From positions 6,759 through 70,758 of the forward strand of contig DASUZB010000105.1 of NCBI GenBank assembly GCA_036377075.1: a DNA stretch of 64,000 nucleotides, written 5' to 3'. This DNA comes from Actinomycetes bacterium (GTDB lineage: Bacteria; Actinomycetota; CALGFH01). Of this stretch, positions 55,212-64,000 are shown piece by piece. Numbering within the stretch: the first letter of the stretch is position 1; each line of letters begins with the position of its first letter. The notes beneath the pieces are model-generated. The model did not search any database and was not told where the DNA came from. It was given only the letters and a program-made list of their open reading frames with translations. Made by a program: the position numbers and the translations under genes.

Positions 55212-57800
55212 ATGGGACGAACATTCTGGCGGCGCCGCGGGGTGGCGCTCGTCTCGTTGCTGGCCGCGCTGGGGATGGTCCTGGCCGGCGCGCCGAGCTT
55301 CGCGGGACCAACACCCCAGGACCGGAAGGCTCCGGCCAGGCACGGCCTGCACGAGTTCGGGCAGGGCAACGTCGGCGCGAGCGAGGAACCCGGTGAGCGC
55401 GAGCCGGGCGAGGCCCAGGAGCTGATCGAGGCGCGCGACTGGTACTCGGCGCCGCGGCTGGCCCCCGGGACCGAGGTCCCGGCCGCCGCGGTCAGCGAGG
55501 CCGCCGCGGCGGCCTCGCGCCTGAGTACCGTCGGCGGGCACTGGTCCGAGGTCACCAACGTGCCCTACGACAGCGACGCGCACGGCTACCGCGACCCGGT
55601 CTGGTCCAACTCCGGTGGCGGCGCCGGCCTGGTCGGCGGCCGCATGACCGCGATGGCCAGCGACGGCCGCTGGATCTACGGCGGCGCCGCCGACGGCGGC
55701 GTGTGGGTCTCGAGCGACCACGGCCAGCACTGGACGCCGACGCTGCAGGGCAAGGAGACGCTCTCCATCGGCGCCCTGTACGTGCGCCAGTCGGACCACT
55801 CGCTGTGGGTGGGCACCGGCGAGGCCAACACCAGCTCGGACTCCTACGCCGGCCAGGGCGTCTGGCGCTCCACCAACCACGGCCAGAGCTACGTCAAGGT
55901 GGGCGGCGACGAGCTGCGCAACGCGCTGGTCTTCAGGATCACCGCCTCCTCGGGCTACGTCTACGCGGCCACCAGCCGCGGCCTGTGGCGGCGCCACAGC
56001 CAGGCGGCCCGCACCTCCGCGTGGCAGCTGGTGCTCAAGCCGGACCCCAACCCGGACAACACGCCGTACAACACCTCGTTCATCACCGACGTGGCCCTCA
56101 AGCCGGGCTCCGGCGGCAAGCAGGTGATCGCGGTGCTCGGCTGGCGGGCCGGGACCGACTACAACGGCTTCTACGTCTCCGACGACGGCGGCGCCCCGGG
56201 CAGCTTCACCAAGATCAGCCCGGCCGGCCTCGACGCCAGCGACATCGGCCGCACCGCCCTGTCCTTCTCGCAGGACGGCAAGGTGCTGTACGCGGCGATC
56301 CAGTCGCCCAGGTACTTCAACGAGGGCCCGCCGGCGCCGGCCCAGTCGACCATCCTCAAGGGCGTCTTCAAGTCCGCCAGCGGCGACGTCGCCGGCCCGT
56401 GGACGCTGGTGGCCGACTCCGCCAAGCTCGCCGCCGGCGACTCGGCGCTGCAGTTCCCCTCCACCTACGAGCCCGGCGTGCAGGGCTGGTACAACATCTA
56501 CGTCCAGGTCGACCCGAAGGACGCCAAGCACGTCTACCTCGGTCTCGAGGAGATCTTCGAGACCAGCGACGGCGGCGCCACCTGGAAGGCCATCGGGCCG
56601 TACTGGAACTTCACCCTGCCCTGCGCGGAGAACGGGCTCGACAGCTGCCCCAAGACCACCCACCCGGACCAGCACGGCATCACCATCGCCGCCGACGGCA
56701 CCGCCTACTTCGGCAACGACGGTGGGGTCTACTCCCGCCCCAGCAGCCTGCGCGGCGTGGTGCGCTGGACCGACAACAACGCCCGCCTGCGCACCCTGCA
56801 GTACTACTTCGCCGGTAGCGGGCGCAGCCCGCGGGGCGGCGTCGACGTCTGGGGCGGCCTGCAGGACAACGGCACCTCGCTGCTGCTCAACGGCGCCCAC
56901 CAGCAGGTCTCGCCGTTCGGCGGCGACGGCGGCGACGTCCTGATCGACCCCAACAACTCCGACAACGCCGTGGTCGAGTACGTCGACCTGGCGGTGGCGA
57001 TCAGCCGCAACGGCGGCCGCTCCAGCGGCGCGCCCGGCTCGGAGTCCTGGCGGCTGGTCTCGCCGGCCTGCGAGTGGAACCCGGACCTCACCGGCTGCGA
57101 CCCCTCGCCGCGGTTCATCGCCCCGTTCAACGCGGACGTCAAGAACGGCAGCCACTGGGTCACCGGCGGCCGCTACGTGTGGGAGACCACCAAGGGCTTC
57201 GACACCGTCTGCGAGGGCAACACCTGCGACTGGAAGCAGCTGACCGACCTCGGCGCGGGCCAGTCGCTGACGGCAGTGGTCGCCAACGGCAGCACCGCCT
57301 ACGCCGGCTCCTGCGGGCCGTGCAACCCGCTCGACGCGGAGGGCGGCGGTTTCGCCAGCAAGATCTCCACCAACTACGGCGGCACCTGGCACACGGTGAC
57401 GGCCCCGAACCTGCCCAACCGGTTCGTCGCCGCCCTGACCGTCGACCCGGCCGACGCGGCCCACGTCTACGCCGTCTACAACGGCTACTCGCGGCGCTGG
57501 ATCCCGAGCGCCGGCCTCGGGCACGTGTTCGAGTCCAAGGACGGCGGGGCGACCTGGACCGACGTCAGCGGCAACCTGCCCGACGTCCCCAGCGACGACC
57601 TGGTGATGGCCAGGGGCCGCCTGGTGCTGGCGACCGACAACGCCGTCTACACGGCCGACGCCGAGCACCCGACCACCTGGTCGCGCCTGGGCAGCGACCT
57701 GCCCAACGCCTCCGTCAACGACCTGTCCCTCTACCCGGACGGCCGGACCGTCCTGGCCGCGACCCACGGCCGCGGCCTCTGGAAGCTTCGCCTGCCCTAG
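55212..57800 (+). CDS. secreted BNR/Asp-box repeat protein (sortilin/GH74-like double propeller)
   Basis: It has a signal peptide. Multiple Asp-boxes: SSDHGQHW, STNHGQSY, TSDGGATW, STNYGGTW, SKDGGATW. Confidence 0.8.
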   Translation: MGRTFWRRRGVALVSLLAALGMVLAGAPSFAGPTPQDRKAPARHGLHEFGQGNVGASEEPGEREPGEAQELIEARDWYSAPRLAPGTEVPAAAVSEAAAAASRLSTVGGHWSEVTNVPYDSDAHGYRDPVWSNSGGGAGLVGGRMTAMASDGRWIYGGAADGGVWVSSDHGQHWTPTLQGKETLSIGALYVRQSDHSLWVGTGEANTSSDSYAGQGVWRSTNHGQSYVKVGGDELRNALVFRITASSGYVYAATSRGLWRRHSQAARTSAWQLVLKPDPNPDNTPYNTSFITDVALKPGSGGKQVIAVLGWRAGTDYNGFYVSDDGGAPGSFTKISPAGLDASDIGRTALSFSQDGKVLYAAIQSPRYFNEGPPAPAQSTILKGVFKSASGDVAGPWTLVADSAKLAAGDSALQFPSTYEPGVQGWYNIYVQVDPKDAKHVYLGLEEIFETSDGGATWKAIGPYWNFTLPCAENGLDSCPKTTHPDQHGITIAADGTAYFGNDGGVYSRPSSLRGVVRWTDNNARLRTLQYYFAGSGRSPRGGVDVWGGLQDNGTSLLLNGAHQQVSPFGGDGGDVLIDPNNSDNAVVEYVDLAVAISRNGGRSSGAPGSESWRLVSPACEWNPDLTGCDPSPRFIAPFNADVKNGSHWVTGGRYVWETTKGFDTVCEGNTCDWKQLTDLGAGQSLTAVVANGSTAYAGSCGPCNPLDAEGGGFASKISTNYGGTWHTVTAPNLPNRFVAALTVDPADAAHVYAVYNGYSRRWIPSAGLGHVFESKDGGATWTDVSGNLPDVPSDDLVMARGRLVLATDNAVYTADAEHPTTWSRLGSDLPNASVNDLSLYPDGRTVLAATHGRGLWKLRLP

Positions 57801-57814
57801 CGGCACGGCTGGCT

Positions 57815-57860
57815 GACGCGACGGAGCCCCGCCCATCCGTGGGCGGGGCTCCGTCGCGTC
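57815..57860. terminator. bidirectional terminator, perfect 21-bp stem with 4-nt loop
   Basis: gacgcgacggagccccgccca-tccg-tgggcggggctccgtcgcgtc lies between the convergent stops at 57800 and 57908. Confidence 0.7.
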
Positions 57861-57907
57861 CGGGACCGGGCGGCGTGGCCGAGGTGTGGGGAGCTCGAAG
57901 CAGCCGG

Positions 57908-59908
57908 CTAGGGCGTGGCGGCGCCCTCGTCCTCGGCGGTGAGGGCGGGCGGGGCCGGGCGGTTGGGCAGCAGCCCACCCAGCAGCCGGCCGGCCGGCCT
58001 CGGCGCGCCCGTGGCGGCCTCGGCCTGCTGGAGCACCTCGACGATCTCGTCGCCGATCAGCTCCTCGCGCTCGATCAGGGCGTCCCGCAGCGCTTCGACC
58101 AGCGGACGGTTGCCGGCGAGCTGCTCCTTGGCGGCCGCCTTGGCCTCCTTGAGGATGCGGTCGACCTTCTCGCGGCCTTCGGTGTCGGAGAGCACCCGGG
58201 CGACCACGTTGCGCTCGTTGACGAGCCCCTCCTCCATCGCCGCGAAGGAGACCAGCGAGTTCGCCATGCCGAGGACGCCGACCATCTGCGCGGCGATGCT
58301 GGTCGCGCCGACCAGGTCGCCCCCCGGGCCGGTGGTCGACTCGCCGAACCACAGCTCCTCGGCGGCCATGCCGGCGCAGGCGATGCGAAGGAACGCCTCC
58401 AGCTCGGAGCGGGTGCGGGTCCAGCGCTCCTCGGTGTCGTTGTGGGCGAGCAGGCCGAGGGCGTCCTTGCGCTTGATGATCGAGAGGACCTCGAGGCGGC
58501 GGCCCACCCCGGAGAGGTAGGCGGCGACCGCGTGGCCGGCCTCGTGGGTGGCCACCATCTCCTTCTCGAGCGGGGTGTAGGTGACCGGCTGCTTCAGCCC
58601 GATCTCCTCGGAGAGCTTGGCCTGGCTGACGTCGGTCCAGCGCATCGCGTCGCGGCCGGAGCGCAGCCCCCAGACCAGCGCCTCGTCGAGCAGGTGCTCG
58701 ATCATCACCGGGGTGTAGCCGAAGGTGAGGTGCGCCAGCTCCTCGCGCCGCAGCGGGTCGTCGAGCTCGGGGTGGTGCGCCTTGCGCGCCAGGAAGTAGT
58801 CGATCAGCTCGCGGCGGCCGTCCTTGTTGGGCAGGTCGAAGTAGAGCTTGCGGTCGAAGCGGCCGGGGCGCACCAGCGCCGGGTCGAGCGCGTCGGCCCG
58901 GTTGGTGGCCGCGATCACCAGGATGTTGTTGTAGCGCGGTGGCGGCTTGTGGAGCTGGTGGTCGACCGGCAGGTAGCCGTTGAGCCAGTCGATCACCCGG
59001 CCCCAGGCGCGCTCCCCCCACCCGGGCACGTCGAAGCTCTGGAGCTGCACCAGCAGCTCGTTGACCGTGCCACCGGTGCCCGAGGAGATGCTCGCCTCCA
59101 CCCGGCGGCCACCGGTGTCGGCGGTCGCGGCGGCCGGCGTGGCGGTCATCGTGTCCATCCCGCCGCGGGTGGCGCCGATGGCGTCGATCTCCTCGATGAA
59201 GCCGATCGCGCCGCCCTCCTCGCGGGCCACCTTGCGCAGCTTCTTGAAGAACGAGCGGATCTTGCGCGCGGTCATGCCGTACCACATCGACTGGAAGCTG
59301 GTCGCCGAGACGAGCAGGAACGGTACGCCGGCGTGCCGTGCCATCGCCTTGGCCATGTGGGTCTTGCCGGTGCCTGGCAGGCCCTCGAAGAGGATGCCGC
59401 GGCGCGGGTTGCCGCCGAGCTGGTCGCGGAAGGTGGCGTAGCCGAGGAAGAGGTTGAGGGTCTTGACGACCTCGTCGCGCACCGCGTCCAGGCCCTTGAC
59501 GTCGTCGAGGGTGACGTCGATCTGCTCGGGCCGGTACAGCACGTGCGGCGAGCGCCCCTGCCCCATGAACGGCAGGAGCAGGACGACCGCCAGCAGCAGG
59601 ATGAGCACCAGCGGCATCAGCCAGATCATGGCCTCAGGGCTGAGGGTGAACCCGGCGAGCGGGTTGAGGGAGCGGCCGGTCAGCACCCGGTACCAGGAGT
59701 AGCCGCACAGCGCCCAGAGGAGCACGGCCAGCCGGGCGAGCCGGCGCTGGCGGCGCCGCTCGCGCGCCTGGCCGACGTCGATGTCGGCCGCGCGCAGCAC
59801 CGCGTCGCCCCCGAGGAAGGCGTTGACGCTCGGCGCCGCGGCGGCCGGGGACTGCTGCCGGTCGGCTCCGCGTCCCGCGCGGCGCGTGGCGGGATCTCGT
59901 CTGCCCAC
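57908..59908 (-). CDS. divergent FtsH-like AAA+ zinc metalloprotease paralog
   Basis: GTG at 59908 preceded by ggagg. Two TM helices are separated by a very short loop. Walker A GLPGTGKTHMAKAMA, Walker B IGFIEEIDA, second region of homology (SRH) ATNRADALDPALVRPGRFDR, zinc site HEAGHAV. There are 50 extra residues between Walker B and ATNR compared with the ftsH at 15885. Confidence 0.85.
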   Translation of the reverse strand: MGRRDPATRRAGRGADRQQSPAAAAPSVNAFLGGDAVLRAADIDVGQARERRRQRRLARLAVLLWALCGYSWYRVLTGRSLNPLAGFTLSPEAMIWLMPLVLILLLAVVLLLPFMGQGRSPHVLYRPEQIDVTLDDVKGLDAVRDEVVKTLNLFLGYATFRDQLGGNPRRGILFEGLPGTGKTHMAKAMARHAGVPFLLVSATSFQSMWYGMTARKIRSFFKKLRKVAREEGGAIGFIEEIDAIGATRGGMDTMTATPAAATADTGGRRVEASISSGTGGTVNELLVQLQSFDVPGWGERAWGRVIDWLNGYLPVDHQLHKPPPRYNNILVIAATNRADALDPALVRPGRFDRKLYFDLPNKDGRRELIDYFLARKAHHPELDDPLRREELAHLTFGYTPVMIEHLLDEALVWGLRSGRDAMRWTDVSQAKLSEEIGLKQPVTYTPLEKEMVATHEAGHAVAAYLSGVGRRLEVLSIIKRKDALGLLAHNDTEERWTRTRSELEAFLRIACAGMAAEELWFGESTTGPGGDLVGATSIAAQMVGVLGMANSLVSFAAMEEGLVNERNVVARVLSDTEGREKVDRILKEAKAAAKEQLAGNRPLVEALRDALIEREELIGDEIVEVLQQAEAATGAPRPAGRLLGGLLPNRPAPPALTAEDEGAATP

Positions 59909-60106
59909 GTCGCCTCCGAATGCCACGACCGCCCGGCGACGTCCGAGACGGTCGCGCCGCCGAGCTTCGAAGGCCAGGAAACCACGGTTCGTGGACCATG
60001 GCCACGGACTGTGGGCAGGTTCCGCAGTGTTGCGGAGGCGCCGCGGCCGGCTCGTACGCAGAACGGAGTAGCCCTTGCACGGTCGGCCGACGGGCGCCCA
60101 TAGGAC

Positions 60107-60132
60107 GGCCCGGGCGCCTCGGCGCCCGGGCC
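60107..60132. terminator. palindromic GC hairpin downstream of the lipoprotein gene
   Basis: ggcccgggcgcc-tc-ggcgcccgggcc, 16 nt after the stop at 60148 on the minus strand. Confidence 0.5.
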
Positions 60133-60147
60133 GCGGGGGGGACTGGC

Positions 60148-60546
60148 TCAGGAGGCCGGCTTGACCGACTGCACCTCCAGGGGGTTGCCCTGCTGGCAGT
60201 AGCTGATCTGGCCGGCCGAGCGGACGCCGGTGACCTCTACCCTGGACCCGGCGGTGAGCTTGCTCTTGTCCTTCGACAGCAGCACGTAGCGCTCCTTGCC
60301 GGTGTCCAGGATCAGGCACCCTGGCTCGACGCCGCGTTGCACGGTCCCCGTGGCCACCACCTTGATCTGGTCGCGTGGCTCGGGGCTGGGGGATGTCGAC
60401 CCGCCGGTGGTGGGGGCGGCGGTGGTCGAGGTGGCGGCCCCGCCCGAGGCCGCGCCCTGCTGGTTGTCCGGGCTGGCGCAGGCGCCGAGCACGATTGCGC
60501 AGGCAACGAGGAGGCCGCTGGAGAGGACGATGGTCTTCTTCATCAT
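60148..60546 (-). CDS. small lipoprotein of unknown function
   Basis: MMKKTIVLSSGLLVACAIVLGAC carries the lipobox LGAC. It is followed by a Ser/Thr/Gly/Pro linker and a beta-rich domain of about 70 aa. Confidence 0.7.
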   Translation of the reverse strand: MMKKTIVLSSGLLVACAIVLGACASPDNQQGAASGGAATSTTAAPTTGGSTSPSPEPRDQIKVVATGTVQRGVEPGCLILDTGKERYVLLSKDKSKLTAGSRVEVTGVRSAGQISYCQQGNPLEVQSVKPAS

Positions 60547-60686
60547 GCCGGGTTGGACGCTCCAATCGGGACGAAGGTTCCCACGACCGCCCCGCAGGCA
60601 GGGCAACGGCGGCCGCGACGGCGACCCGCTCCAGTAGTGCTAGCCTCACCGACTGCCCAACCTGCGACGAGGTAACCCCGAGGCAG

Positions 60687-61754
<1,068 letters not shown>

Positions 61755-61757
61755 GGA

Positions 61758-61772
61758 CTGCCCAGCGGGCAG
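61758..61772 (+). terminator. short hairpin after ychF
   Basis: ctgccc-agc-gggcag, 4 nt after the stop. The stem is only 6 bp. Confidence 0.3.
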
Positions 61773-61871
61773 CACGACGGTAGCGTGGGCGGCGACCAAC
61801 CCAGGGCCGTGCTCGCGTCGAGGCCATGCTTCGAGCTACACGCGCTGATTCCAGCACCGACCTTCGGTTGT

Positions 61872-62156
61872 TCAGCCGCCGGAGACCGCCGGGAGGATCC
61901 AGACCTCGTCGGCCTCGGCGAGCTGGGTGGAGAGGCCGTCGAGGTAGCGGATGCTCTCGCCGTTGACGAAGACGTTGACGTGGGGGCGCAGGGCGCCCTG
62001 CTCGTCCTGGACGCGCTGGCGGACGCCTGGGTGGGCGGTGCCGAGGGCGTCGAGCAGGACGGCGACGGTCGCGCCCCCGGGCGGGAGCGGCACCTCGACG
62101 TGGCGGCGCTGCTCGGCGTAGGCGCTCAGCGCCGCCGGCAGGTGGACCGTTGCCAT
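61872..62156 (-). CDS. MoaD/ThiS-family ubiquitin-like sulfur-carrier protein (C-terminal GG)
   Basis: 94 aa ending ...VWILPAVSGG. The internal NVFVNGE motif is typical of the family. The start lies 5 nt after the upstream stop and has no separate RBS. Confidence 0.8.
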   Translation of the reverse strand: MATVHLPAALSAYAEQRRHVEVPLPPGGATVAVLLDALGTAHPGVRQRVQDEQGALRPHVNVFVNGESIRYLDGLSTQLAEADEVWILPAVSGG

Positions 62157-62161
62157 CGCGC

Positions 62162-63271
62162 TCAGGAAGGGACCACCGCGGCCTTGACGCAGGTGACCGG
62201 CGGCAGCCACTCGGCCAGGATGCGCCAGCTCTCCCCCTCGTCGGTGGAGGCGTAGAGCTGACCGGTGCGGGTGCCGAAGTAGAGGCCCGCCGGCTCCAGG
62301 CCGTCGGTGGTGAACCCGTCGCGCAGCACCGTCATGTAGGCGTCCCGCTGGGGCAGGCCGCTGCCGAGCGGCGCCCACGAGCCGCCGGCGTCGCGGGTGC
62401 GGAACACCTGCATGCGGCCGTCGGGCACGCAGCGGAAGCTGTCCGAGGTGAGCGGGATGATGTAGGCCGAGTCCGGGTCGGACGGGTGGGCGACCACCGG
62501 GAAGCCGAAGTCGCTCGGCGCCCCGTTGGCCATGTCCTCCCAGTTGTCGCCGGCGTCGTCGCTGCGGTACAGCCCCCAGTGGTTCTGCAGGTAGAGGCGC
62601 TCCGGCTGGCCGGCGGCCAGGGCGATCTTGTGCACGCACTGGCCGAACTCCGGGTAGCGGTCCGGCTCCGGCAGGAACTGCGCGCGCACCCCCTGGTTGC
62701 GCGGGCGCCACGAGGCGCCACCGTCGTCGGAGCGGTAGACCCCGCCGGTGGAGATCGCCACCCAGATGCGCTCAGGGTCGGTCGGGTGCGGCAGCACGGT
62801 GTGCATGCACAGCCCGCCGCCGCCAGGCATCCAGCGCTGCCGGTGCGGGTGGTCCCAGAGCCCCTCCACCAGCTCGAAGGTCTCGCCGCCGTCGTCCGAG
62901 CGGAACAGCGCGGCCGGTTCGACCCCGGCCCAGACCGTGTCGGGCCGCAGCTCACCGTCCGGCCGCAGCTGCCAGACCCGCTTCAGCGCCCCCCCGCTCG
63001 ACTCCGGGAAGCGGACGTTGCCGTCCTCCGGGTCCGTCCAGGTCTTGCCGAGGTCGTCGGACCAGCGCACCACCGAGCCCCAGTGGCTCGACTCCGTCCC
63101 GGCCAGCAGCCGGCGGCGCCCGCCACGCCCGTCGAACGCCAGCGCGTAGATGGCCTGCCCGTTGAAGTGCGGCCCGTCGGCCTCGAAGTGGCGCCGCTCG
63201 GCGTCCGCACTGAACAGGAACGCCCCCTTCATCGTGCCGACCATGATGAGGACGTCCCCAGCCGCCATCAT
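62162..63271 (-). CDS. cytoplasmic BNR/Asp-box beta-propeller protein (sialidase-fold, Ycf48-like)
   Basis: No signal peptide. Asp-boxes: SDDLGKTW, SDDGGETF, SDDGGASW, SDDAGDNW, TRDAGGSW, STDEGESW. Confidence 0.8.
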   Translation of the reverse strand: MMAAGDVLIMVGTMKGAFLFSADAERRHFEADGPHFNGQAIYALAFDGRGGRRRLLAGTESSHWGSVVRWSDDLGKTWTDPEDGNVRFPESSGGALKRVWQLRPDGELRPDTVWAGVEPAALFRSDDGGETFELVEGLWDHPHRQRWMPGGGGLCMHTVLPHPTDPERIWVAISTGGVYRSDDGGASWRPRNQGVRAQFLPEPDRYPEFGQCVHKIALAAGQPERLYLQNHWGLYRSDDAGDNWEDMANGAPSDFGFPVVAHPSDPDSAYIIPLTSDSFRCVPDGRMQVFRTRDAGGSWAPLGSGLPQRDAYMTVLRDGFTTDGLEPAGLYFGTRTGQLYASTDEGESWRILAEWLPPVTCVKAAVVPS

Positions 63272-63340
63272 GAACCTCCCGTCGTCCGGGTCGTGGAGCG
63301 GACCAGCCTATCTCGCCGTCCCGACAGCCGTCGTCCGCGG

Positions 63341-64000
63341 TCAGCTCCGGTTCAGCTCCCGCTCGCGCAGTTCGACGCGGCGGATCTTGCCGGAGATGGT
63401 CTTGGGCAGCTCGCTGGTGAACTCGACCTCGCGCGGGTACTTGTAGGGGGCGGTGACCCGCTTGCAGTGCTCCTGCAGCTCGCGGGCCAGGTCGTCGGAG
63501 GGCTCGTGGCCGGGGGCGCAGACCACGAACGCCTTGACGATCTGGCCGCGCTCCGGGTCGGGCTTGCCGACCACCGCGGCCTCGGCGACGGCGGGGTGCT
63601 CCACCAGGGCCGACTCGACCTCGAACGGCCCGATCCGGTAGGCGGCGGAGAGGATCACGTCGTCGGAGCGGCCGACGAACCAGAAGTAGCCGTCCTCGTC
63701 GAGGAGGGCACGGTCGCCGGTGTAGTAGTAGTCGCCCCTGAACGCGGCGGCGGTCGCCTCCGGGTCGCGCCAGTACTCGGTGAACAGGCCGACCGGCCGC
63801 TGCGGCCGCACCCGGACGGCCACGTGGCCCTCCTCGCCGGGCCCGAGCACCTTGCCGTCGTCGTCCACCACGACCACGTCGAAGCCGGGCGTCGGCTTGC
63901 CCATCGAGCCGGGGCGCACCTCCATGCAGCGGTAGTTGGCGAGCAGGTTGACGGTCTCGGTCTGGCCGTAGCCGTCGTAGATGGTCAGGCCGGTGGCCTG
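63341..64000 (-). CDS. AMP-forming acyl-CoA synthetase, N-terminus beyond window edge
   Basis: The ORF stays open to nt 64000. Motifs: YGQTE (from 63955 on), GDYYYTGDRA, GRSDDVI, PKTISGKIRR. Confidence 0.85.
   Translation of the reverse strand, partial: QATGLTIYDGYGQTETVNLLANYRCMEVRPGSMGKPTPGFDVVVVDDDGKVLGPGEEGHVAVRVRPQRPVGLFTEYWRDPEATAAAFRGDYYYTGDRALLDEDGYFWFVGRSDDVILSAAYRIGPFEVESALVEHPAVAEAAVVGKPDPERGQIVKAFVVCAPGHEPSDDLARELQEHCKRVTAPYKYPREVEFTSELPKTISGKIRRVELRERELNRS

Noticed and set aside
55035-59285. 1416-aa minus-strand ORF, and likewise 57074..60103 (+), 17929..20226 (-), 17973..20603 (+) and 42019..44577 (-).
   Set aside because: All lie opposite or out of frame to genes with clear catalytic motifs, and all have Arg/Pro/Gly-dominated translations. 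They are frame artefacts of GC-rich sequence, not overlapping genes.

Overview
This is a very GC-rich (by eye above 70%, not computed) actinobacterial-type chromosomal segment, densely coding on both strands. All calls come from reading the six-frame translations and the raw sequence; no database search was possible, so family names are motif recognition by eye. I found no rRNA, tRNA, CRISPR array, transposase, integrase or prophage genes.

Gene content from left to right:
- pspA (5' partial) and a PspAA-like gene, carbamate kinase, and pyruvate kinase.
- A four-gene BMP-family (nucleoside-type) ABC importer, a YdcF/DUF218 protein, and upp.
- A signalling cluster: GAF-HD-GYP phosphodiesterase, CHASE3-HAMP-GAF-PAS histidine kinase, receiver-only regulator, and a convergent CheW-like protein.
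- rmlC, canonical ftsH, a Ser/Thr kinase, and a macro-domain protein.
- A soluble PAS-HisKA_3 kinase directly upstream of a receiver-less LAL-type LuxR regulator.
- A roughly 460 bp repeat-rich divergent control region, a frameshift-split small membrane protein, and gene debris.
- A galactose/glyoxal-oxidase-like copper oxidase and a divergent PNPOx-family/MocR pair.
- A heterodimeric ABC exporter with one degenerate ATP site.
- A possible small island carrying a HAD-GDPD-like fusion protein and a methyltransferase, next to a truncated methyltransferase.
- An ECF sigma factor with a CU044_5270-like partner.
- A beta-propeller/ABC-2/Ig-like-anchor operon divergent from an OmpR-type two-component system.
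- A three-subunit molybdopterin formate dehydrogenase operon, then a nitroreductase.
- A Tat-lipoprotein class-V PLP enzyme and an APH-like kinase.
- A homocitrate/isopropylmalate-synthase-like gene divergent from an HTH-fused citrate-synthase-like gene.
- A secreted BNR-repeat protein, a second divergent FtsH-like protease, a small lipoprotein, and ychF.
- A MoaD/ThiS-like gene coupled to a cytoplasmic BNR propeller, and a 5'-partial acyl-CoA synthetase.

Most notable observations:
1. The formate dehydrogenase alpha subunit is split in the ORF track by an in-frame TGA. That TGA is followed at the canonical spacing by an fdhF-like SECIS hairpin, so the gene probably encodes a selenoprotein.
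2. An HTH-citrate-synthase-like / homocitrate-synthase-like divergent pair shares AT-rich palindromes in its intergenic region.
3. A HisKA_3 kinase is paired with a LAL regulator that has no receiver domain, beside a 6 x 14 bp GATC-containing tandem array.
4. A HAD phosphatase-GDPD-like fusion sits in a possible insertion.

I cannot claim that any of these is a validated new system.
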